DNA of 32,000 nucleotides from an uncultured Chloroflexia bacterium. GTDB taxonomy: Bacteria > Chloroflexota > Anaerolineae > Anaerolineales > Anaerolineaceae. Position 1 is the stretch's first letter. Each line of letters opens with the position of its first letter. Of the stretch, positions 25,593 through 32,000 are shown in pieces. Made by a program: the position numbers and the translations under genes. Under the pieces are notes generated by a model, which made no database searches, was not told the DNA's origin, and saw nothing but the letters and a program-made list of their open reading frames with translations. The stretch is taken from assembly GCA_963704755.1 (NCBI GenBank), contig OY969938.1, forward strand, positions 3,420,001 through 3,452,000, given 5' to 3'.

Positions 25593-26141
25593 TTACTCGC
25601 CAAATGAATCCGAACTTGGGAGTGTAATATCGCTACCCCAGTCTGGCTCGTATAAACCTAGTTGAACGTACCGGTGGAAACTGGACCAGGGCCAATCGCG
25701 GACAGATTGGACGAGGCCATGTTTGACCGGGTTGTAATGAATGTAGTCGAGATGGGCGTAGTAATCATCTTCATCGCGAATCATATGGTCCCAGAACCGG
25801 CGCTGCCAAATCCCGGTTTCCCGGCGCTTTGTGCGTGACTTTGTAGGTGTCCGCTCTTTTCCCTGGTATTCGCGATAAAACCTTGAGAAAAGGGCTTTGA
25901 TATAACGCCAGCGGATGGAATAGTCAAAATCTTCTTCGGGCAAATTCCATGTGCAGTGGATGTGCTCGGGCAGGAGGCAAATTGCGTCCATTTCAAACGG
26001 ATATTTCTCTTGAGTAATTTGGATTGCGTTTCTCAGCGCCTCGCGACTCTGGGGAGTGGTAAGGATAGGTATCCTTTGCCAGGTCACAATGGTAAAGAAG
26101 AACAATCCCCCTCGAAACATTGGCCGGGTGTAGTTTGGCAT
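25593..26141 (-). CDS. REP-associated tyrosine transposase (RAYT; IS200/IS605-like Y1 HUH enzyme)
   Basis: It has the HUH motif (LPEHIHCTW) and the catalytic Tyr region (HLDYIHYNPVKHGLV). The N-terminal GGLFFFTIVT strand is present. The size of 182 aa and the adjacent GTAG-headed REPs also fit. Confidence 0.85.
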   Translation of the reverse strand: MPNYTRPMFRGGLFFFTIVTWQRIPILTTPQSREALRNAIQITQEKYPFEMDAICLLPEHIHCTWNLPEEDFDYSIRWRYIKALFSRFYREYQGKERTPTKSRTKRRETGIWQRRFWDHMIRDEDDYYAHLDYIHYNPVKHGLVQSVRDWPWSSFHRYVQLGLYEPDWGSDITLPSSDSFGE

Positions 26142-26310
26142 TGTAATTTATTCTATAATAATTTTGATTTCGTAACTGCTCAGCCCCACGGCTAAGAAAC
26201 ACCTCAAATTCAGAAATTAATTACCCCGTGCCTGAATCGTTACTTAACTTCAAGAATAGAAGATCGAAATAATAAGCATCAAAAAGGATCAGTTTAAAAA
26301 TGCTTACTGC

Positions 26311-26598
26311 ATGAGAAAATATTTCCTTTTTGAGAGCGAAGGAGGAAAATCCGTGGACTATAACAAAGACAAAGTGGACGACATGACTCTGAGCCTGCTT
26401 TTTCTGACCATGTTCGACGATGATCACGGGCCGCGGGCCTGGAAATCCTTCGATTGGGACACGATGAATCGCCTCTTCGAAAAGGGCTTTATCTACGATC
26501 CGGTCGGCAAGGCCAAGTCGGTGATGGTGACCGAAGAGGGTCTGCAGCGGGCAAAAGAATTGTTCCATAAATTCTTTGTGGATAACGAAGGCGAATAG
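26311..26598 (+). CDS. Small conserved hypothetical protein (95 aa)
   Basis: The composition is protein-like (LSLLFLTMFDDDHGPRAWKSFDWDTMNRLFEKGFIYDPVGKAKSVMVTEEG). I recall similar DUF-type proteins but cannot name the family with certainty. Confidence 0.55.
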   Translation: MRKYFLFESEGGKSVDYNKDKVDDMTLSLLFLTMFDDDHGPRAWKSFDWDTMNRLFEKGFIYDPVGKAKSVMVTEEGLQRAKELFHKFFVDNEGE

Positions 26599-26604
26599 GT
26601 TGCG

Positions 26605-27270
26605 ATGATTTCTCCCTCAAAGGATACCGAAGCGGGCTATTCAGCCTGCCTGCCGGAATTCCTGGACGCTTTCGACCGGGACCTGGCGCGCTGGCGGCCT
26701 ATCCTGGTGGAGCGCTATGGGGACGATTCCGCGGACCTGGTCTCGCACGAAAGCCGGGAGGAATTCATGCGCCTGGTGCCCCTCATCCCATACATTGGCG
26801 GGCAAGACGACTGGCTGGATGCGCTGATGGAATCGGTGCGCTGCCTGGCCTTGTACCATGCCATGAAGCATCACGGCAAGACGGCGGAGGAAACCGGCCG
26901 GGTCGTGTACGAGGCCGTCCTGGCGCGGGCGGATGAGCCGCGGCCGGCGATCCCACCGGGTCAGCAGTTGGCGCCGACTCAGTTGATGGCCAGGCGCCGG
27001 GAGCGGGCGGAGCGCACCCAAGAGCGCCGCTACGGGCAGGGTTACGTGTGCGAATTCGTGCCCGGCGACGGCCAGAATTTTGATTATGGCTATAACTTCA
27101 CCGAATGTGCGGCCCAAAAGTTTTACCAGGCTCAAGGCGCCGCTGAATTCTTGCCTTCCTTCTGCGCGCTCGACTTTGCCTACAGCCAGGTATTTGGCCT
27201 GGGACTGACCCGCACCATGACCCTGTCGGCCGGCCAGCCGGTCTGCAATCACCGTTTCAAGTCGGGATGA
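26605..27270 (+). CDS. L-2-amino-thiazoline-4-carboxylic acid (ATC) hydrolase-family protein
   Basis: The C-terminal pattern FTECAAQKFYQAQGAAEFLPSFCALDFAYSQVFGLGLTRTMTLSAGQPVCNHRF resembles the Cys-containing signature of that family, as far as I remember it. Confidence 0.6.
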   Translation: MISPSKDTEAGYSACLPEFLDAFDRDLARWRPILVERYGDDSADLVSHESREEFMRLVPLIPYIGGQDDWLDALMESVRCLALYHAMKHHGKTAEETGRVVYEAVLARADEPRPAIPPGQQLAPTQLMARRRERAERTQERRYGQGYVCEFVPGDGQNFDYGYNFTECAAQKFYQAQGAAEFLPSFCALDFAYSQVFGLGLTRTMTLSAGQPVCNHRFKSG

Positions 27271-27335
27271 AGCTGGCCTGGTAAATTCTTGAACATCAGA
27301 AACTTTCGTAACCGTTCAGGCCAGTTTTAGGGGAA

Positions 27336-27390
27336 GGGTGATTTTGTTATTTTTTGCGTACTTCGCACGCGAAAAATAACAAAATCACCC
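27336..27390. repeat. Hairpin family copy E: 26-position stem with one G-T pair and one mismatch, ttc loop
   Basis: gggtgattttgttattttttgcgtac (27336-27361) pairs with gcacgcgaaaaataacaaaatcaccc (27365-27390). Confidence 0.9.
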
Positions 27391-27445
27391 TCTTCGTCCG
27401 GGAAAACTGAGTAGTTCAAACTGCCTAACCAGGGCCGATAAAAGT

Positions 27446-27478
27446 AAAAGCCTCGGCTGGTATCAGCCGAGGCTTTTT
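27446..27478. terminator. Canonical bidirectional intrinsic terminator
   Basis: AAAA-GCCTCGGCTG (27450-27459) is followed by the loop gtat and CAGCCGAGGC (27464-27473)-TTTTT. It lies 18 nt downstream of the minus-strand gene stop at 27496. Confidence 0.75.
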
Positions 27479-27495
27479 GATTATTTCATTCCTGG

Positions 27496-28935
27496 TTACT
27501 GGCCCTTTACCAGGGTTTCTACCAGGTCCTGGACCTTCTCACGCGACAGGTTGCTCCACAACAGGAAGCTCTCTCCGTTAGGCGCCACCAGCATGCCCCC
27601 GACACCGTTGCTGCCGGATTGGTCATAGTACAGCACCAGGCCGGACGCCGCTTTATAGGAGCCATTGGTGAAGCTCGATTGGACAAAGCCGAGGTCTTCC
27701 TGGCCAATAGCCTGCATATTGAAGTTGTCGCCGTTGGGGTTATTGTAGTGGATCTCGAAGGCGAACGGCTGGTCCGCGGGTTGGCCGCTGGCTGCGCCGA
27801 TCTCCTGGGTATAGCCGGATGGAATTGGATTCAGGACGTAGAAGTCGCTTGTGCGCGACGCCAGCTCATCCTGCGTCAGAGTCTCAAAGGTGACGTTGTC
27901 CTGCGTGTCTGCCTGGTCTGTCTCAGGAGCGTCCACGACTTTGACGCCTTTCAAATCACTCAGATCCCAGGCCACCGAGCTGCCTTCCGGCAGGATTTTG
28001 TCCGTCAGCCATTGGATATCGTCGATGACCACATCCTTGCCGTCTTTGCGTACGGTGATTTGCCTTTCGACCAGTTGGTAAGTATCGGCATTGAAAACCA
28101 TACGCAGCGAGCCGAGGTAGGTCTGGGTGTCCGACCCCTTCTGGCTCTGGTAGCTGTCATCCACCAGAACGTAGACCGTGCTGCCATCCGTCCAGGTCTT
28201 TTTACCCTCGACCTTCACGTGCGGGTCATTGCGGAATTCATCGAAGAATGTTTGGGCTTCGGCGTAAGGACCTGCGGCTGCGGTTCCCCGCAAGGACGCG
28301 GTTGCCTGCTGCTTTTCCGGGCTGATCTTCTCGCGAATTACCGTCAAGGTATCGCCGCTTGTATTGTCCAGCGAATACGTGTAAGTCCCATCAGAAGAAC
28401 TGGCGTCCAAAATGTTTCCGGCAGGATCATACGTCACCCTGTGGTCATAGCCATTGGCCAGGTCCAGATAATCTTCGATGATCGTTGTTATTCCGGTACT
28501 GTCGGAGACGACGGCCTGGTGGTTTTCGAAAACCTGCATGCGCGTGTACCAGATACCCTGGCTGGGCGCAGGGGTGGATTGGGCCGCGGCGGCGCGGTCG
28601 AGGATTTGTTGCGCCGAGACGGTATTGACCTTGCTAATCGTGAACACGGCCGCTACGGCCATGACTATCACGATTGCGAGAGCAGCGAACTTGCTTTGGA
28701 GTTTCATTGTTTTGAATATCCTTTCGAAGAAATTTACGTTCCACCCTATGAGACGTCGTTTTTCTTCTTGGGATACGGCTGGGGCCAGCATTTGCGCCTG
28801 CGTGAGGAAATTTGCCCGGCCTCTGGCCTGGGCCTGCGGATCGCGGGCTGGGGCGTCAGCCAGCTTATTCAGCAGGTTCTGGATATCAGCATCGTCGCGA
28901 TCATTCAATTGAGCCACAGTTCTCCTCCGAGTCAT
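27496..28935 (-). CDS. Putative anti-sigma factor / membrane protein with a large extracytoplasmic domain
   Basis: It is co-oriented with the ECF sigma gene and overlaps it. A cytoplasmic N-terminus of about 90 aa precedes one TM helix (FAALAIVIVMAVAAVFTI) and an outside domain of about 380 aa. The start is uncertain: ATG at 28935, or GTG at 28917 preceded by GGAGGA. Confidence 0.6.
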   Translation of the reverse strand: MTRRRTVAQLNDRDDADIQNLLNKLADAPARDPQAQARGRANFLTQAQMLAPAVSQEEKRRLIGWNVNFFERIFKTMKLQSKFAALAIVIVMAVAAVFTISKVNTVSAQQILDRAAAAQSTPAPSQGIWYTRMQVFENHQAVVSDSTGITTIIEDYLDLANGYDHRVTYDPAGNILDASSSDGTYTYSLDNTSGDTLTVIREKISPEKQQATASLRGTAAAGPYAEAQTFFDEFRNDPHVKVEGKKTWTDGSTVYVLVDDSYQSQKGSDTQTYLGSLRMVFNADTYQLVERQITVRKDGKDVVIDDIQWLTDKILPEGSSVAWDLSDLKGVKVVDAPETDQADTQDNVTFETLTQDELASRTSDFYVLNPIPSGYTQEIGAASGQPADQPFAFEIHYNNPNGDNFNMQAIGQEDLGFVQSSFTNGSYKAASGLVLYYDQSGSNGVGGMLVAPNGESFLLWSNLSREKVQDLVETLVKGQ

Positions 28936-29476
28936 AGATTTTCTCCTTCTTCGGCAGCAACATGCGTCGCAGTGCCTCGATGGCACGGTGCTGCAATGAC
29001 TTTACGGTACCCAGCGGTTTTTCCAATACCTGAGCTACCATCTCGTTTTCCCAGCCTTCCAGGTATTTCAAAGTGATCACCTGGCGTTGGTCGGGCGTAA
29101 GACGCACCAGGGCAGCCTGTACCTGCTCTTTTTGCAGGTTGTTTATGACGGTTTCGACCAGGTTGTCTTCCCCATCCAGCATCTCGTCGATCAGTTGCAG
29201 TGGGGGCGGGGGATTCCGGCGGTAGAGATCCGTGATGCGGTTGTGGGCAATGCGGTACAGGTAGGCTTGCAGATGGTCCCGCGGCCCGCCGCCGTTACGC
29301 AGGGCCTGCAAAAAACGCGTAAAGGTGTCTGCCGTGCAGTCCTCGGCCTGGTGTGGGTCGCCCAACAGGTGCAGCGCATAGCGATAAATGCCCAGGCTGT
29401 AGCGGTCGTAAATCTCAGCCAGGGCGTCCATTTCAAAACAAAGGGCGCGTTCGATCAATTCGCTTTCAGGAGTCAT
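28901..29476 (-). CDS. ECF-type sigma-70 family RNA polymerase sigma factor
   Basis: Region 2 (YRYALHLLGDPHQAEDCTADTF) and the region 4 HTH (LTPDQRQVITLKYLEGWENEMVAQVLEKPLGTVKSLQHRAIEALR) are present. I prefer the ATG at 29476. Confidence 0.85.
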   Translation of the reverse strand: MTPESELIERALCFEMDALAEIYDRYSLGIYRYALHLLGDPHQAEDCTADTFTRFLQALRNGGGPRDHLQAYLYRIAHNRITDLYRRNPPPPLQLIDEMLDGEDNLVETVINNLQKEQVQAALVRLTPDQRQVITLKYLEGWENEMVAQVLEKPLGTVKSLQHRAIEALRRMLLPKKEKIYDSEENCGSIE

Positions 29477-29690
29477 GAATAAAGGTACCGGGTAATCACC
29501 CAGGCTCAAATTTGAGGTTCTTTCCCATCCGGATGCGTACAGCCTCTATGCATATATGACGCACCACCGGCTCGAGGGATACGGGTAATCGAGGTGGAGA
29601 ATCTCCGGGTTTGATTGCCCCAGAGGCGAATATTGATGATACCAGTGAAATACGGTTATTCTGCGTAATTACTCAGCTATCGTAAAAGAG

Positions 29691-29747
29691 AGGTGTTTTT
29701 ATATTTTTTTCGCGAGCAAAGCACACGAAAAAAATATAAAAACACCT
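29691..29747. repeat. Hairpin family copy F: 22 perfect bp plus an imperfect GC apex, aaa loop
   Basis: aggtgtttttatatttttttcgcgagc (29691-29717) pairs with gcacacgaaaaaaatataaaaacacct (29721-29747) at 25 of 27 positions. It lies between the divergent sigma-factor and GT-C-like genes. Confidence 0.9.
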
Positions 29748-30035
29748 GATTTCTAAGCTGGCTTGAACAGTCACTGATCTGCTATAATGATTTTGACTTA
29801 CGGATGCAAATCATAGGTTGGGTAAGATCCGAAGTCATTTGCCCGGGAAATTAATCAATAAAGCCATACCGTGTTTGTGTTTTAAAGCCAACCGGAGTAA
29901 ACCTTTGCCAGGTGGTCTTTGTCCCCGCTTGAGGCCGAAGATCTAGCATAAATTCGGGCAGCACTTTCACGGGGCGGAAATGATCCGGGGGGTTTTAGGC
30001 TGGAAAGATGAGCGTTCAGGCGTACATCGAACAAA

Positions 30036-31523
30036 ATGGGTGGAGCTAAACGATTCTCTATCAAGAACATCGATCTGATTGCCAATATTTTTATTGGTGT
30101 ATTGGCATTTTTCTTTTTGGCGAACCTGAAAGGGGGGCAGGACTGGGGCGGCGACTTTAGTATGTATATCATGAATGCGAGAAACATAGTGAACGGCGCC
30201 CCGTATGCCCAAACCCAATACCTGTACAACCTGGATACCGCCAGCTACGGGCCGGTGGCTTACCCCCCGGTTTTTCCGTTATTGCTGACGCCTGTCATTG
30301 CGGTTTGGGGTGTCAATCTGCTCGCCCTAAAAGCGGTGGGAATCTTTTGCTTCGTAGGGTTGCTTTTCTACCTTTATTACAAGGTGATTCCCGGCCGTTT
30401 GCAACCCGCCTTGGGCATCCTCTATCTTGTGATCGCCGGCTTGTACCCGCCTTTCTTTGTGCAGCTCGATCGCATTACCTCGGATATTCCATTTCTCCTG
30501 ATTTGCGCCATTTCGTTGCGGCAGATCAATGATGTGACGGATTCCGGCAAGGGCGATATCGGCCACTGGTACCAGGCCGTGTGGACCGGGGTGGTCATTT
30601 ATCTGGCTTACGGAACCCGCGCCGTGGGGATTGTCCTTTTGCCCGTTGTGTTTTGCCTGGATTTGCTGCGAAACAAGAAGATCCACTTGACGACCTTCAT
30701 CGTTCTGGCTACGGCCAGCAGCTTGATACTTTTGCAGTATGGGTTGATCCCACAAACGGGAAGTTACTTCAACCAACTTCCGCAAAACTTTTATCAGGTA
30801 CTTCTTTTACTGTCTCGTACGCTAGTTTCTTATTTTGAATTGATTTTTTCGATGTTTCAGAGCAGCCATTTTTTTGTCCAGGCCGTTATTTTCCTGGTGG
30901 TGTTGGAGTTTGTGGTTATCGGTTTGCTTGGCCGCTTGAAACGAGGTGTTTCCAGCTATGAGCTCTTTTGTCTTTTTTATCTGGCCGGCTTATTGTTCTG
31001 GCCATCTTATCAAGAAATCCGGTTCCTTTTCCCAATCGTTCCCTTTTACATCCTCTTTTGCCTGGAAGGGTTCCAGACCATTCTCAATAAACTGGAAGCT
31101 TTTCCGGTCTGGCTGCTGAAAGCGCTTTCTTTGTTTTTGCTGCTCGGGTTTGGGTTCTATTACGATAGTATCTATACTGGGCTGGTGCCTCGACCGGCAA
31201 GCGAACTGGAAGCAAACAGCGCCCAGGAAGTGATGCAGTATGTGATCCGCGAAACCGGGCCGGATGACGTCGTCGCGTTTTTCAAACCACGCGTCCTGGC
31301 GCTTTTTACCGGCTGCGAATCGGTGGCCCTGGCCATCCCGGCACCGGATGGAGATAGCCTGGGCCGGATGAGCGCCCTGGGCGTAACGTATGTGATTGTG
31401 CGCCTGGACGATGTTGGTGACGACCAGCCCGAAATGCTACAGTTGATCCATTCCAATCCGCTTGATTTTCAGCTCGTATATCAAAACGCCGAATTCGGGG
31501 TGTATCGTTTTATGGGCGGCTGA
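30036..31523 (+). CDS. Polytopic membrane protein, GT-C-fold glycosyltransferase-like (ArnT/PMT-type)
   Basis: About 11-13 TM helices precede a soluble C-terminal domain of about 120 aa. The overall architecture resembles GT39/GT83-type enzymes. GC is lower than the backbone. Confidence 0.5.
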   Translation: MGGAKRFSIKNIDLIANIFIGVLAFFFLANLKGGQDWGGDFSMYIMNARNIVNGAPYAQTQYLYNLDTASYGPVAYPPVFPLLLTPVIAVWGVNLLALKAVGIFCFVGLLFYLYYKVIPGRLQPALGILYLVIAGLYPPFFVQLDRITSDIPFLLICAISLRQINDVTDSGKGDIGHWYQAVWTGVVIYLAYGTRAVGIVLLPVVFCLDLLRNKKIHLTTFIVLATASSLILLQYGLIPQTGSYFNQLPQNFYQVLLLLSRTLVSYFELIFSMFQSSHFFVQAVIFLVVLEFVVIGLLGRLKRGVSSYELFCLFYLAGLLFWPSYQEIRFLFPIVPFYILFCLEGFQTILNKLEAFPVWLLKALSLFLLLGFGFYYDSIYTGLVPRPASELEANSAQEVMQYVIRETGPDDVVAFFKPRVLALFTGCESVALAIPAPDGDSLGRMSALGVTYVIVRLDDVGDDQPEMLQLIHSNPLDFQLVYQNAEFGVYRFMGG

Positions 31524-31631
31524 ATTAACCACCATGAGCGTTAAGCCCGAGAAACATTGGCTTTTTATCTGGCGGCTTAGAAAGAGCTTTATTTGCAAAG
31601 AATAGTAGAAAGAGATTTTTTTGACTAAATT

Positions 31632-32000
31632 TTATTTTGCGAAATATTCTACATTTTCCAGACCGTGGAAATGCTCATCTTGGGTCCATAAGGTGGCATC
31701 ATGAGCTCGCGCTACGGCAAGAATCATGCTATCCGCCATCGGAATTTTGTGATTCATCGAAAGCTCCGCGGCCAGGATTGCGAGTTCCTGGGTAAGATCA
31801 ATTACTTTCCCAGTTGTCATCAGACCGACGGCCTTGAGTGCATCCTCTTCATCCCTTTGTAAAGCGATCTTTTTGAAAACCTCATAAATGCAAATTGTGG
31901 GGACAAGCAAGTTCTCGCTATCCTGAATCGAAGGTGCAAACTTCTCTCCGTTGGCGCCTCTGGCGAAATATTCCAACCAGCCGGATGAATCTACTACATT
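31632..32000 (-). CDS. PIN-domain (VapC-like) toxin, N-terminus runs off the window
   Basis: The frame stays open upstream to the window edge (..NVVDSSGWLEYFARG..), which gives the first acidic residue. The later ADSMILAVA and LWTQDEHF motifs are typical of VapC. Confidence 0.8.
   Translation of the reverse strand, partial: NVVDSSGWLEYFARGANGEKFAPSIQDSENLLVPTICIYEVFKKIALQRDEEDALKAVGLMTTGKVIDLTQELAILAAELSMNHKIPMADSMILAVARAHDATLWTQDEHFHGLENVEYFAK

Noticed and set aside
28936-28986. N-terminal extension of the anti-sigma ORF (MPSRHCDACCCRRRRKS) that looks like a zinc-binding anti-sigma motif
   Set aside because: The spacing does not fit H-x3-C-x2-C. The segment lies wholly inside the sigma-factor coding sequence in another frame. 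Better starts exist downstream, at ATG 28935 or at GTG 28917 with a GGAGGA Shine-Dalgarno.
27619-29076. A 485-aa plus-strand ORF opposite the anti-sigma-like and sigma genes
   Set aside because: It is antisense to two genes with coherent features (an ECF sigma regions 2 and 4, and a TM-anchored protein). It has no motifs of its own.
1657-29747. Whether the repeated hairpins could be a CRISPR array or its remnants
   Set aside because: The copies are kilobases apart in separate intergenic regions. They are not in tandem with uniform spacers, and each is a long self-complementary palindrome rather than a 28-37 nt direct repeat. No cas genes are present.
29763-29788. TTGAAC ... TATAAT promoter-like pair upstream of the GT-C-like gene
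   Set aside because: The spacer is only 14 nt (29769-29782), too short for a standard sigma70 promoter. The TATAAT box alone is not enough to call a promoter.

Overview
This 32-kb window looks like a chromosomal segment from a moderately high-GC bacterium, with several lower-GC patches (GC judged by eye). The protein styles hint at a Chloroflexota/Anaerolineae-like organism, but I cannot verify that without a search. I support about 30 protein genes. They include a partial MFS transporter, an M50 protease, an Lgt-like membrane protein, a two-gene (split) glutamine-dependent NAD synthetase, an ABC-F ATPase, a GAF/HisKA_3 sensor kinase overlapping a UbiE/MenG methyltransferase, and an ALDH3-type dehydrogenase with an extra C-terminal domain. 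There is also a same-strand LRR / TPR-TM-beta-propeller / HtrA-like protease / LuxR run, a YibE/F protein, a PilZ protein, a CAP+LysM protein, and a frameshifted protealysin-like M4 protease with an intact emfourin-like inhibitor gene. The rest are a GNAT, a membrane-anchored esterase, a RAYT (REP-associated Y1/HUH transposase), a small conserved hypothetical protein, an ATC-hydrolase-family protein, an ECF sigma/anti-sigma pair, a GT-C-like membrane protein and a partial PIN toxin. I found no rRNA, tRNA or CRISPR array. The most unusual content is noncoding. (1) Six dispersed 47-59 nt near-perfect hairpins share one architecture: GGTG base, A/T-rich stem, CGCGTGC-NNN-GCACGCG apex, 3-nt loop. 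Their stems differ between copies yet stay complementary. (2) A RAYT gene sits next to an identical inverted pair of classic GTAG-headed REPs. The base and apex of those REPs match the long hairpins. (3) A 516-bp nested palindromic element has perfect 30-bp terminal inverted repeats built from CACGGAG units and an internal GTAGGGTG-headed inverted-repeat pair. (4) A roughly 360-nt GC-rich multi-hairpin region has no credible ORF. All functional calls come from motif recognition by eye. No database search or folding computation was run.
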